A stretch of 62,834 nt of DNA, the filler included, from Candidatus Hydrogenedentota bacterium (GTDB taxonomy: Bacteria; JBFMHD01): the NCBI GenBank assembly GCA_040752395.1. It is 4 parts of 4 records of this genome, joined end to end, with 100 filler letters (N's around TTAATTAATTAA, not from the genome) between each part and the next. Parts side by side here need not be neighbours in the genome. Positions count along the whole stretch, not along the records: positions 1 to 29,498 come from JBFMHD010000008.1; 3 more parts are not named here. One strand, written 5' to 3'. Shown here one piece after another: positions 8,936 through 19,080 of this stretch (its first letter is position 1; every line of letters starts with the position of its first letter). The position numbers and the translations under genes were made by a program. The notes below the pieces were generated by a model. It had not been told where the DNA came from. It saw only the letters and a program-made list of their open reading frames with translations, and did not search any database.

Positions 8936-10497
8936 TGTTTTTTTAAATACTCTAAAAATTCGACCACTTGTTTTCTTTTTGGTGACAGGCGATATGCGGA
9001 TTTTACTTTAGAGGCAGCTTCTCCTTTTAATCCCTTTTTATATAATTCTACAGCGAGGTTCAATCTTGTTGCATCTTCATATGGGCTGTATTTTATCGCA
9101 TCTTTAACCAAATCGAATATCTCCTCATCCTTTTTAAGATATGTGCATACCACACTTAAATTGGTTAACAGGTCTGGATTATAGGGAGTTAATTTTAAGG
9201 CTTTGCTATATGATTCATAAGATTTTTCCAACATATTTGCTTCTTTATACAATGTTCCAAGCCTGTAATAAACAAGCCCTGCCTCTTCCTTGATATATAC
9301 GATAATTAAAAAAATTAACAGGATAAATGATAAGAATAAAGAAATTATATTATATTCAAGTATCCTGATTTTTTTAAAATTCATTAATGAAAAGAGATAA
9401 AAAAAAGTCTGAGTTGTAATTATCTGTAATGGGAAATTAAATAAGCTCTGAATTAATAGTGCAATAATACCATATATATACCCCCCTTTTTTCATAAATA
9501 CAAAAATCAGAAACGTTACAAAAAAAGAGATGCCTATTATGCCGGTTTCTGCAAAGACCTGCAAAAAATCATTATGTGCTTCATTGGTCTTTAGCTCAAG
9601 ATATCTGCCTTCTTTTTTGTGAATATCATAAAGCGGATATACGACTACAAAGTTATCTATCCCTACCCCTTTATTAAAATTATTTTTTATAAGTTCAAGC
9701 GTTGAGATATAAGCAAGTAGCCGAAACCCTTTCTCTACATCGGTTATCGTTTCTTTGATCTGGGACGAAATATTTGTAAAATTGAATCCAAAAACCAAAA
9801 TCACTCCTGCAATTAAACCAATCAATACTCTTTTATTAATTATTTTTCTATATCCGAAAATTAAAAATAATAAACTGATACTAATCCCGAGCTCGGCCCC
9901 GCGGGATCGCGTTAGAAAAATTGTAAATAAACCCAGAAGACCACTTATAACATAAATCACCTTTTTTGTTTCAAGGGCGGTGCATAATACCACAGGTACA
10001 ATACTAATTAAAAAATCAGCTGTAAAATTGGGGTTGCCAAAAACAGTGATAACATCGCCTTCCCAGTTTTGTAATACACCGAATTTTAATATCTTATCCC
10101 AACCATAATACTGTAAAATCCCGATTGCTGATACTATGAAAAGAAATATCGCTAAAAGAAATAAAATTTGTCTTCCGAGGCTGTTAGTATTTATATTGGC
10201 TGTAAGTAGCCCGGCATATAAAAAAATCGATAACCAGCTTATAATAGTTACAGCAGATATTTTATAATTTATTGACCAGAAAAGCGAAATTATCATCCAT
10301 ACAATAAATAAAAAAAATACTATGTTAAAATTAAAATACAATCTTTTTTTACTTATTAAAAGATAACCAATAAGAATTAACACACTGATAACAAAAAGAG
10401 GCATCTTTATAAAGTGTGCTTCAGGAGTCATTGAATCAAGTGAGAATACAAGTAAAAACAATGGTAAAAATAAAAGCGTCTTTTCAATAATATTCAT
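8932..10497 (-). CDS. O-antigen ligase (Wzy_C)-family membrane protein with TPRs
   Basis: FGNPN, TRSRGA, GVGIDNF, AHNDFLQVFAETG. Confidence 0.85.
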   Translation of the reverse strand: MNIIEKTLLFLPLFLLVFSLDSMTPEAHFIKMPLFVISVLILIGYLLISKKRLYFNFNIVFFLFIVWMIISLFWSINYKISAVTIISWLSIFLYAGLLTANINTNSLGRQILFLLAIFLFIVSAIGILQYYGWDKILKFGVLQNWEGDVITVFGNPNFTADFLISIVPVVLCTALETKKVIYVISGLLGLFTIFLTRSRGAELGISISLLFLIFGYRKIINKRVLIGLIAGVILVFGFNFTNISSQIKETITDVEKGFRLLAYISTLELIKNNFNKGVGIDNFVVVYPLYDIHKKEGRYLELKTNEAHNDFLQVFAETGIIGISFFVTFLIFVFMKKGGYIYGIIALLIQSLFNFPLQIITTQTFFYLFSLMNFKKIRILEYNIISLFLSFILLIFLIIVYIKEEAGLVYYRLGTLYKEANMLEKSYESYSKALKLTPYNPDLLTNLSVVCTYLKKDEEIFDLVKDAIKYSPYEDATRLNLAVELYKKGLKGEAASKVKSAYRLSPKRKQVVEFLEYLKKQ

Positions 10498-10740
10498 ATT
10501 AATCTTTGAACCTTTATAAAACTCTGAATTTTAGTATCCACATATACTTTTTTAAAGATTCAAATAGGTATCAAATAAAATGTCAAGATATAGAATTAGA
10601 GGTCTCTTTTAAAACCCTGTTTATCGCATCTAAAGATGCTCACTACATTTTTTATTTTTTGTAATTTCAATATAATCAATATAATGTAAAAAGGGTCACA
10701 AGACCAATTCTTTAGACTTTAAAGCCGTCTTTAAAAAATA

Positions 10741-10769
10741 TTGACTGAATATTTTTACTATGATATAAT
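10741..10769 (+). promoter_or_regulatory. Sigma70 promoter of the MNT-HEPN operon
   Basis: TTGACT-N17-TATAAT with extended -10 TG. Confidence 0.65.
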
Positions 10770-10796
10770 AAAGTATAATTTACAGAGGATGTTAAA

Positions 10797-11099
10797 ATGG
10801 GAGTTGAAGAGAATAAATATATAGTTGACTTAAAGAATATAATACTGAATTTTCTAAAAGATGAAAATGTAAAAGTTATACTTTTGGGTTCACGAGCAAG
10901 ATTAAATAACTATAATAATTCAGATATAGATATATGTATCGTACCGTATAATGACTTTAACCAAAATAAAATTACTTTATTAAGAGAAAAACTAGAAGAT
11001 TTAAGTATTCCTTATAAAGTAGAAATAATTAATTTTAATGAAGTTTCGGAAGATTTTAAAAGAGAGATTTTAAAAGAGCATATAATATGGAAAGATTGA
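10797..11099 (+). CDS. Minimal nucleotidyltransferase (MNT antitoxin)
   Basis: LLGSRAR..SDIDI motif. Confidence 0.88.
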   Translation: MGVEENKYIVDLKNIILNFLKDENVKVILLGSRARLNNYNNSDIDICIVPYNDFNQNKITLLREKLEDLSIPYKVEIINFNEVSEDFKREILKEHIIWKD

Positions 11100-11476
11100 A
11101 ATTAAAGTATCAGGATGCTAATAGGACTTTAAAAACACTTGAAGAGATATTAAGTGAGCCATTTTCGATAATTGTAAGAGATGCTACTATACAGAGGTTT
11201 GAATTTACTTTTGAGGCAGTATGGAAGTTTTTAAAAGAATATTTAAAAGTCAACGAAGGGATAATCGTAAATTCCCCGAAATCATGTTTTCGCGAGATGT
11301 TTTCATTGGGTTTTTTATCAGAAGAAGACACTGTAAAATTTTTAGATATGACTGATAAAAGAAATGCCACTTCGCATACTTATAAAGAAATGGTAGCAGA
11401 AATGATATTTAATAGAATAAATGAATATTTTTTATTAATGAAAGAGTTATTAAGTAAAATTAGTAAAAAAATTTAG
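11087..11476 (+). CDS. HEPN protein, HI0074 family
   Basis: DATIQRFEFTFE; Rx4H motif RNATSH. Confidence 0.88.
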   Translation: MERLKLKYQDANRTLKTLEEILSEPFSIIVRDATIQRFEFTFEAVWKFLKEYLKVNEGIIVNSPKSCFREMFSLGFLSEEDTVKFLDMTDKRNATSHTYKEMVAEMIFNRINEYFLLMKELLSKISKKI

Positions 11477-11499
11477 ATAAGCAGTATCTACGAATTTTA

Positions 11500-12351
11500 T
11501 TACTCTCTGCCGAGATTTAATTTATGTCTTAAGGTATAATAGAAACTGCGTTTAAAAGGATGAACTAATTTTATAGTATCTTTATGTTTTTTCACAATAA
11601 TAATATCGTCTTCCTGAATAACACCTGATCGTTCCTGTCCATCAGCTGTAAGTATAACCGTATCTGCCCGCTGTATCTCAGCTATTTTTATCTCGCTGTT
11701 ACCTGAAACCACTATAGGCCTGTTATTCAACGAATGGGGACAGATGGGTGTTATAACTATAATGTCTAACTCTGGATGTATCACGGGTCCGCCAGCTGCA
11801 AGGTTATAAGCAGTAGAGCCGGTTGGCGTGGAAACTATAACACCGTCAGCGAATATTCTGTTAACAAACCATTCATCAACAAATATAGCTACTGAAAAGA
11901 TACGTGCATCAAAGGTTCTTGAGATTACAATATCATTTAATGCTGTGAATCGTTCTTTTATCTTATTATTTTTGTCAATAATTTTCGTATCAAGAAATAT
12001 ACGTTTCTGAATAAAATATTCTTTATCAATAAATTTTTTTACAGCTTCGTTTGCTTCTTTTAACGTTATCTCTGTTAAGAATCCGAGGCTTCCTGCGTTT
12101 ATGGGTAATAATGGTATATTTTTATTTTTTAATGTTCTTGCTGCACGCAGTAGCGTCCCATCACCACCAAATATAACCACAACATCCAGACCATCCAACT
12201 CTATTTTATTTCTTCTTTTGTTCTTTAAGTCTATCTCACTCATTACTTCATACCCGCTCTTTTTTAAAATATTAATAACCCTGGATAAGGTCTGTCTTAT
12301 AATCTTTATTTTATTCTCATTAATAATAATTCCTGCTTTTTTCCTCATCAA
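11500..12351 (-). CDS. nadK: NAD+ kinase
   Basis: GGDGTLL, GSLGFL, TPTGSTAY, PICPH. Confidence 0.95.
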   Translation of the reverse strand: MMRKKAGIIINENKIKIIRQTLSRVINILKKSGYEVMSEIDLKNKRRNKIELDGLDVVVIFGGDGTLLRAARTLKNKNIPLLPINAGSLGFLTEITLKEANEAVKKFIDKEYFIQKRIFLDTKIIDKNNKIKERFTALNDIVISRTFDARIFSVAIFVDEWFVNRIFADGVIVSTPTGSTAYNLAAGGPVIHPELDIIVITPICPHSLNNRPIVVSGNSEIKIAEIQRADTVILTADGQERSGVIQEDDIIIVKKHKDTIKLVHPFKRSFYYTLRHKLNLGRE

Positions 12352-12366
12352 CTAAATACCCCCTAT

Positions 12367-14244
12367 TTACGAAGTTGCATTCGTGGTCATAAATTCTTTT
12401 ACGGTTTCAAGTATTTTATCTTGTGTTAAACCGTATCGTTTTCTTATTTCATATAAATTACCATGTTCAATAAATTTATCCTTTAACCCGATTAATTTTA
12501 TTTTCACCCCATTTTTTACGATGCTATGAATATAATGTTCTACCCGACTACCAAACCCACCAGTTAACACGTTCTCTTCAACAGTAATAAATACCCTATG
12601 ATTCTTAACCAATTCTTTTATCATATCTTCATCAATTGGTTTAACAAATAACGCATTCACCAGCGTTGCATCGATACTTTCCGAAACAGAGATACATTCA
12701 TTGGTAATGCATCCTGTGCTTAAAATACATACTTCTTTACCGCTCCTTTTTATTTCCCACTTTCCGATCTTGATGGTTTTAAATTCATTATATTTTAACA
12801 ATGAGTTACCTGGTGCGAAATCACGTGGATATCTTACAGCAAATGGTTTAGAAGAAGCGACTGCTGTGTGTAATAAGTTCTGGAGTTCAATCTCATTTGA
12901 CGGAGCTGATATTATAATTTCAGGGATGCAATTAAGATATGATAAATCAAATGTTCCCTGGTGAGTTGCTCCATCTTCTCCAACAATACCACCCCTATCC
13001 ACAGCAAAGACTACGTGCAAATTCTGCAGAGCGACATCATGCAGTATCTGGTCAAAGGCTCTCTGCAAAAACGTAGAATATATTGCTACAATGGGTATAA
13101 GTCCTTCGCAACTCATTCCAGAAGCAAATGTTACAGCATGTTCTTCAGCGATACCTACATCGAAAAATCGCTCAGGGAACCTATCTCTAAACTCTTCGAG
13201 TCCGCAACCCCTGGTCATAGCAGCTGTTACAGCAATTATTTTATCATTATTGGAAGCTTCCTCACATATCCAGTGTGAAAAAACTTTTGTATATGTTATT
13301 TTATTTGTTTCTGTAAAACTTTTGCCGTTAGTTATTATAAAAGGGCCTGAGCCATGAAAGGTCTCCGGGTCTGCCTCAGCAAAATTATAGCCCTTGCCCT
13401 TTCTTGTAACACAATGAACTATTATTGGACCTTTAACAATTTTTATCCGAGCTAAAAGTTCTATCAGACCCTGGAGATTATGACCATCAATAGGACCATA
13501 ATAATGGAATCCAAGTTCCTCGAATAACACGCCGGGAATAAAAAAATTTTTTAAACTCTCTTCTATTCTTTTAAGTAACGGGTGCGCTCTGCCACCTATA
13601 ACAGGGAGTCTTTTTATAAGTTCTTCCATATCATCCCTGATTTTTCTATATATAGGGATTGTAATCAGTTTGTTAAAATATTGAGAGAGTGCACCGACAT
13701 TTCTTGAGATCGACATCTCATTATCATTAAGGATCACTATTAAGTCTTTTTTTAAAGAGCCTGCCTGGTTCATAGCTTCAAAAGCCATTCCACCTGACAT
13801 AGCACCATCACCGATCACAGCTATAACTTTAAAATTCTCTCCTCTTAAATCACGGCTACATGCCATGCCAAGCGCAGCACTTATTGATGTACTCGAATGA
13901 CCGGTACCAAAAGCATCATACACACTCTCGCTCCTTCTTGGGAACCCAGACATCCCATCGATAAGTCTCAATGTATCAAAGTCCTTATTCCGGCCTGATA
14001 TGATCTTATGAGCATAGCATTGATGACCAACATCCCAGATTATTTTATCATCAGGCAGATTAAAGATATAATGTAGTGCAACTGTTAGTTCTATTACTCC
14101 TAAAGATGGTGCAAGATGACCTCCATTCTTGCTTACCACCTCAATTATACGCTCCCTGATCTCATCACACAACTGGTTCAAAGCTGCAATATTGAGATTC
14201 TTTAACATTGATGGTTCGTTAATCTTATCAATAAGTCGTTCCAT
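12367..14244 (-). CDS. dxs: 1-deoxy-D-xylulose-5-phosphate synthase
   Basis: GGHLAPSLG, WDVGHQ, GHSSTS, GIAEEHA, DGATHQG. Confidence 0.97.
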   Translation of the reverse strand: MERLIDKINEPSMLKNLNIAALNQLCDEIRERIIEVVSKNGGHLAPSLGVIELTVALHYIFNLPDDKIIWDVGHQCYAHKIISGRNKDFDTLRLIDGMSGFPRRSESVYDAFGTGHSSTSISAALGMACSRDLRGENFKVIAVIGDGAMSGGMAFEAMNQAGSLKKDLIVILNDNEMSISRNVGALSQYFNKLITIPIYRKIRDDMEELIKRLPVIGGRAHPLLKRIEESLKNFFIPGVLFEELGFHYYGPIDGHNLQGLIELLARIKIVKGPIIVHCVTRKGKGYNFAEADPETFHGSGPFIITNGKSFTETNKITYTKVFSHWICEEASNNDKIIAVTAAMTRGCGLEEFRDRFPERFFDVGIAEEHAVTFASGMSCEGLIPIVAIYSTFLQRAFDQILHDVALQNLHVVFAVDRGGIVGEDGATHQGTFDLSYLNCIPEIIISAPSNEIELQNLLHTAVASSKPFAVRYPRDFAPGNSLLKYNEFKTIKIGKWEIKRSGKEVCILSTGCITNECISVSESIDATLVNALFVKPIDEDMIKELVKNHRVFITVEENVLTGGFGSRVEHYIHSIVKNGVKIKLIGLKDKFIEHGNLYEIRKRYGLTQDKILETVKEFMTTNATS

Positions 14245-14247
14245 TGG

Positions 14248-14273
14248 CTCACCTCTGAAAAAGTTCGGAGTTA
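14248..14273 (-). repeat. Minimal repeat module supplying the ispA stop and the dxs SD
   Basis: TAACTCCGAACTTTTTCAGAGGTGAG, same as the 22151-22175 module. Confidence 0.6.
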
Positions 14274-15125
14274 GTGTGTTCTCTCAAGAACAAAATCAAT
14301 CAATTCATTTAAGTCAGTGGTCTTTAGGTTAGTGGGCAAACTCTCTTTTGCTTCTTTGATGTATTTTTTAGCTTTTTCTTTTGCTTTATTCAAGCCAAGA
14401 ACACTTACAGCTGTCTTTTTATTATTTTTAATATCACTTTTTATGGGTTTACCAATCTCTTTTTCCTGACCAGTTTCATCAAGTATATCATCAACGATCT
14501 GAAAACAAAGCCCTAATTTAATCCCTGATTCTTTAGCATCTCTAATCTCGTTGCTTGTTAATCCTTTTAATATAGCTGCTCCAGCTACTGCTACCATAAT
14601 CATTTTTGCAGTTTTATTAAGATGTATAGCTTCGATCTCATCAAAAGTGTTAAGTTCTTCTTCGACACCAAATAAATCAAGTAATTGCCCTCCTACCATG
14701 CCGTGTATCCCAGCTGCCGAAACAAGCTCTTCTTTTAATCTGTTTTTTATATCTTTTATTTCGATCCTCGATATCATTTTAAAGGCAGTATTCAAGAGAT
14801 TTATTCCTGCAAATATTGCTTTTTCTTCACCAAATACTTTATGAGATGTCGGTTTTCCTCTACGTAGCTCATCGTCATCCATACACGGCAAATCATCATG
14901 TATCAAGGAATATGTATGTATTAATTCAACAGCTGAAGCAAAATATAAAACATCATCTGTGAGTTTATCTTTTAAAGAAGTATTTAAAACAAGTAATGGT
15001 CTTAATCTTTTGCCACCTGCTTTTAAACTATAAAAAGATTCGTCAAAAAAAGTTTTAGTAGCTAATTCCCTAAATTTTTTATATAAAAACTCTTCGAAAT
15101 TTTCTTTAAGTTTATCATTGTTCAT
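14271..15125 (-). CDS. ispA: Farnesyl/geranyl diphosphate synthase
   Basis: GGKRLRP, HDDLPCMDDD, FQIVDDILD. Confidence 0.93.
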   Translation of the reverse strand: MNNDKLKENFEEFLYKKFRELATKTFFDESFYSLKAGGKRLRPLLVLNTSLKDKLTDDVLYFASAVELIHTYSLIHDDLPCMDDDELRRGKPTSHKVFGEEKAIFAGINLLNTAFKMISRIEIKDIKNRLKEELVSAAGIHGMVGGQLLDLFGVEEELNTFDEIEAIHLNKTAKMIMVAVAGAAILKGLTSNEIRDAKESGIKLGLCFQIVDDILDETGQEKEIGKPIKSDIKNNKKTAVSVLGLNKAKEKAKKYIKEAKESLPTNLKTTDLNELIDFVLERTH

Positions 15126-15361
15126 TGATTATTTTCCAGAAATTCGTCTCGAGCTACTTCTTCTTCGGCTTTCAGTTTATCAACAAGTATTTTAACCTTT
15201 TCTTCAACTTTATCAAGCTCCTTTCTGCAGAACTGATAGAGAGTAACGCCTCGCTCGAATTTAGTAATGGATTCTTCTAATGCTATCTCGCCGCTCTCAA
15301 GCTCCTCAACAATTTTTTCAAGTTCAGCAAATGCTGATTCAAAAGTCTGTTTCTCAGCCAT
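15122..15361 (-). CDS. xseB: Exodeoxyribonuclease VII small subunit
   Basis: FESAFAELEKIVEELE..LEESITKFERG; synteny. Confidence 0.95.
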   Translation of the reverse strand: MAEKQTFESAFAELEKIVEELESGEIALEESITKFERGVTLYQFCRKELDKVEEKVKILVDKLKAEEEVARDEFLENNQ

Positions 15362-15364
15362 AAA

Positions 15365-15556
15365 TCCTCCCCTAAAAAAGTAAGAAGTAAGAAGTGAGAA
15401 GTATCAGGACAGGCTACAGGCTACAGCCGGCTGGAGCCCCTATGAAAAGTCTTGAGTCTTGAGTCTCGAGTCCTGTTTTGACTCACGACTCTTTTCATAC
15501 TTTGTGCCTCTGTGCCTCTGTGCCTTTCCTTTCAATCTTTCAATCTTTCAATCTTT
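15365..15556 (-). repeat. Modular repeat array between xseA and xseB
   Basis: (TTTCAATC)3, (GTGCCTCT)n, (GAGTCTT)n/GACTC palindrome, GGCTACA + CAGCCGGCTG, (AGAAGTA)n, then SD GGAGG. Confidence 0.9.
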
Positions 15557-16904
15557 ATAACCCTTTTTTATCTTGTATTTTTGATAAAATGGTACCGTCA
15601 GAAACCCTTACTAAAATATCATCATCTTTTTCTACGCTATGAATACTTTTAATTAACTTTCTATTCTTATCTTCTACAATTGCATAACCACGATTCAAAA
15701 CATTCACCGGGTTGAGTAGCTTTATCCCTTGATTACTCTTTTCTAATGATTCTCTCTTTTTGTCAATAAACCTTCTATAATTATTAACAATCTTTTCCCT
15801 TAATACAAATAAATTATCTTTTTTTGTAGGAAGAAGTTTAAGCGGTGAATAAGCATTAAGGACTTTTATATAGTTATTTATTCTGTTATTTTTTAAATTT
15901 AATGAATTGCCGATCATATATCTCAGTCTGTTGATATTTTTTACCAATGCTTCATCTCTGTCACGTATCAATAATAAAGGCTGAACAAAATACCTGCATC
16001 CTTTTATATCTTCCATAACCTCTTCATAATAATTAATTCTATTATTCATAGATTTCATACCTCGATCGATTATTTTATTAAGATTTTTTATAAGCTCGTT
16101 TCGATCAGGCGTACAAATCTCAGCTGCCTCAGTCGGTGTTGCTGCTCTTCTGTCTGATACATAATCAACAATGGTCCAGTCGATCTCATGACCTACAGCT
16201 GAAACAACCGGTATCTCAGTCTCAAAAATCTCACGAGCAAGCGTCTCGTCATTAAAACACCATAAATCTTCCATCGATCCGCCGCCACGACCGATAATGA
16301 TAACATCTATGTTTTTAAAACTACGTGCTAATCTTAATGCTCTGATAATGTCCTCTGCTGCTCCTTCGCCCTGAACAAGTGCAGGAAAGAGATAAACCTT
16401 TACCCATGGTGCCCGCCTCTTTATCACACGTAAAATGTCCCGTATAACAGCCCCGGTTCTTGCTGTAATCACCCCTATCGTTTTTGCAAAACCTGGTATG
16501 GTTTTTTTATGTTCTGGTTCAAAAAGCCCTTCTCTTCTTAGTTTCTCTTTTATCTCTAAAAATTTTTTGTATAACTCTCCTTCACCAGTAGTCTGTATCT
16601 CCTGAATAATCAGAGAATATGTTCCACCCTCAATATAAACATCAAGCCTACATCTCGCAAAAACCTCCATCCCATCTAAAAGCTTGAATTTAAGCTTACT
16701 AGCTTCTCTTTTAAAAATTACAGCACGTATCTGTGAACGCCTGTCTTTTAGATTAAAATATATATGTCCTGAGGTATGATATTTTAAACTTGAGACCTCG
16801 GCTTTTACCCAGAAATCATTGAAAAATTGCTCTCGTTCAATATAAACTTTTAAAAAATGGTTTATCTGCGTAACTGTATATACTTTTCTTTCTTCAAGAG
16901 TCAT
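15555..16904 (-). CDS. xseA: Exodeoxyribonuclease VII large subunit
   Basis: SGHIYF, GRGGGSMEDLW, SAVGHE. Confidence 0.97.
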   Translation of the reverse strand: MTLEERKVYTVTQINHFLKVYIEREQFFNDFWVKAEVSSLKYHTSGHIYFNLKDRRSQIRAVIFKREASKLKFKLLDGMEVFARCRLDVYIEGGTYSLIIQEIQTTGEGELYKKFLEIKEKLRREGLFEPEHKKTIPGFAKTIGVITARTGAVIRDILRVIKRRAPWVKVYLFPALVQGEGAAEDIIRALRLARSFKNIDVIIIGRGGGSMEDLWCFNDETLAREIFETEIPVVSAVGHEIDWTIVDYVSDRRAATPTEAAEICTPDRNELIKNLNKIIDRGMKSMNNRINYYEEVMEDIKGCRYFVQPLLLIRDRDEALVKNINRLRYMIGNSLNLKNNRINNYIKVLNAYSPLKLLPTKKDNLFVLREKIVNNYRRFIDKKRESLEKSNQGIKLLNPVNVLNRGYAIVEDKNRKLIKSIHSVEKDDDILVRVSDGTILSKIQDKKGL

Positions 16905-16920
16905 ATTTTTCCTATCAATT

Positions 16921-16981
16921 TGAGCAGTCTGGCGAGTTTTTCGTCGGACCGCTCATCCTGAAGTCCGAAGTGCTGAAGGAC
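16921..16981. repeat. GC-rich intergenic palindrome (REP-like)
   Basis: tgagc-gtctggcga/tcgtcggac-gctca stem plus tcctgaa..gaagga. Confidence 0.4.
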
Positions 16982-17003
16982 CTCAAGAGAAATGGCTGGA
17001 TCT

Positions 17004-17858
17004 CTATTCGCAGAATGTCGACTGACACTTGTATAACTCCAGGGTGTTTTTCATAAGCATTGCTACTGTCATAGGACCAACACCCCCAGGTACAGGAGTT
17101 ATAAACTTCACCTTTTCTATTACTTCATCATAATCAACATCACCACATAGCTTACCATTAAGTCTATTCATTCCAACATCTATAACACAGGCCCCATCTT
17201 TCACAAAATCTTTATTTATCATCCTTGGCCTTCCTATAGCAGCTACTAAAATATCAGCTCTTTTACATACGTCTTTTAAATTATTAGTTTTAGAATGACA
17301 GATTGTCACAGTGGCATTCTCTCTAATCATTAGATGAAACAACGGCTTCCCCACTATATTACTTCTGCCTATAATAACAACTTCCCTCCCTTGAATCGTG
17401 ATATTATATCTTTTTAATAACTCAATAATACCTTTAGGTGTGCAGGGTTCTATAGTATCCAGTCCGGCAAATAATCGCCCCATATTATAAGGATGAAACC
17501 CATCAGCATCTTTTTGCGGCAAGATACTCTCTATAACCTTCTCTTTATCAATATGTTCTGGTAGTGGCAATTGAACTAATATCGCGGTAACATTTTTATC
17601 GTTATTAAGACTATTAATAAATTCGAGTAGTTTTTCATAAGATATATTTTTATCAAATTTATGTATTCTTGATTCTATTCCTATATTACAAGCAACTTCA
17701 TTTTTTTTCTTAACATAAATTGCCGAGGCAGGGTCTTCTCCCACGAGTATCACGCTTAACACCGGCTTTTTATTTAATTTAGCTATCTCTATTTTAATTT
17801 TCTGTATTATTTCTTCGTGTAATTTTTTACCATCAAGAAGAGTAAATGTATAAGACAT
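17004..17858 (-). CDS. folD: Methylenetetrahydrofolate dehydrogenase/cyclohydrolase
   Basis: LVQLPLP, KDADG, GRSNIVGKP, TPVPGGVGPMT. Confidence 0.97.
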   Translation of the reverse strand: MSYTFTLLDGKKLHEEIIQKIKIEIAKLNKKPVLSVILVGEDPASAIYVKKKNEVACNIGIESRIHKFDKNISYEKLLEFINSLNNDKNVTAILVQLPLPEHIDKEKVIESILPQKDADGFHPYNMGRLFAGLDTIEPCTPKGIIELLKRYNITIQGREVVIIGRSNIVGKPLFHLMIRENATVTICHSKTNNLKDVCKRADILVAAIGRPRMINKDFVKDGACVIDVGMNRLNGKLCGDVDYDEVIEKVKFITPVPGGVGPMTVAMLMKNTLELYKCQSTFCE

Positions 17859-17942
17859 TTATCACCTACTTATCAATTGTAAACTATCGTTCTGATGCGC
17901 GAGGCATTCTTCTCAAAACAAGACCCTCACACATGGATGGGC

Positions 17943-18206
17943 TCACTTCGTTTCTATCTGAAGTTTTATAGCAGTCCTTTCTTTTTCATCTACCATAAGG
18001 TCAATAAATGCAGGACGACATATAACATCAAGACCATTGGGTGCAAGGAACCCGCGCGTAATTATGATTGCTTTAATCGCTTGATTCAAAGCACCTGCCC
18101 CTATAACCTGTACATTCACTTTTTCACCTTTTCGAAGGCTGATTGCCATGGCACCGGCTACTGAGTTCGGGTTGGATTTAGCTGATACTTTGAGTAAAAT
18201 TTCCAT
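17943..18206 (-). CDS. spoVS: Stage V sporulation protein S family
   Basis: LKVSAKSNPNSVAGA, IGAGALNQAIKA. Confidence 0.93.
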   Translation of the reverse strand: MEILLKVSAKSNPNSVAGAMAISLRKGEKVNVQVIGAGALNQAIKAIIITRGFLAPNGLDVICRPAFIDLMVDEKERTAIKLQIETK

Positions 18207-18270
18207 ATAAAGAAGCTACCTCCTTTAGTGTATACTTATCCTCGGAGAAAATGGCTATGGTATATAAAAA

Positions 18271-19080
18271 TCAGTCTGATGCTTTGTAACTAAATCTCGC
18301 TATATCTACTGCTTTTTTTGAGTTTTTGTCAAGTGAAACATTTATACCCTGAATTATGCTCTTGCCTTTTGCTACCTCCAGCCTTTCTGGTAGATTTAAT
18401 ATTATCCTTTTAAATACAATGCTTGTTTCCATGCCGATAACTGAGTCCTGTGGTCCCACCATGCCGATATCAGTAATATAAGCTGTTCCACCTGGCAAAA
18501 TTCTTTCATCAGCTGTTGGTATATGTGTGTGTGTTCCAAAGAGAAGTGAGACCCTGTTATCAAGATAATGGCCCATCGCTACTTTTTCTGATGTTGCCTC
18601 AGCATGGAAATCAACAATTATGTAATCAACTTCTTTTATGTTTTCAGTCTCCAGTATTTCATCGATCTTTCTAAATGGGCAATCCACATTATCAAGAAAC
18701 ACCCTGCCAAGCAGATTTATAACAGCGATTTTTTTATTATGAATATTAAGCACAAGTTGTCCCCGGCCTGGTACCCCTGGTGGATAATTTGCGGGTCTTA
18801 ATAACCGCGACTGTTCATCAAATAATTTCAGTGACTCTTTTTTATTAAACGAATGATTGCCGCCGGTAATCACATCGACACCGATATTTAAAATTTCAAG
18901 TACAGTCTCCTGATTCAGTCCCATGCCACCTGCCAGATTCTCGCCATTGGCTATGATTAAATCAGGATTGAACTCTTTTGATATCCTTTCAATATTATAA
19001 GTTAAGGCTCTTCTACCTGGTTTGCCTATAATATCACCAAAAACAGTAATTCTGAAAATATTATCATCGTGCATATTCAA
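18271..19080 (-). CDS. ymdB: YmdB/TIGR00282 metallophosphoesterase
   Basis: [27 protein letters not shown]; follows rny. Confidence 0.93.
   Translation of the reverse strand: MNMHDDNIFRITVFGDIIGKPGRRALTYNIERISKEFNPDLIIANGENLAGGMGLNQETVLEILNIGVDVITGGNHSFNKKESLKLFDEQSRLLRPANYPPGVPGRGQLVLNIHNKKIAVINLLGRVFLDNVDCPFRKIDEILETENIKEVDYIIVDFHAEATSEKVAMGHYLDNRVSLLFGTHTHIPTADERILPGGTAYITDIGMVGPQDSVIGMETSIVFKRIILNLPERLEVAKGKSIIQGINVSLDKNSKKAVDIARFSYKASD

Noticed and set aside
16921-17000. Hammerhead ribozyme or glycine riboswitch
   Set aside because: No CUGANGA core and no glycine aptamer consensus on either strand
17880-17942. THF or ZTP riboswitch upstream of folD
   Set aside because: Only a single hairpin; conserved aptamer sequences were not found
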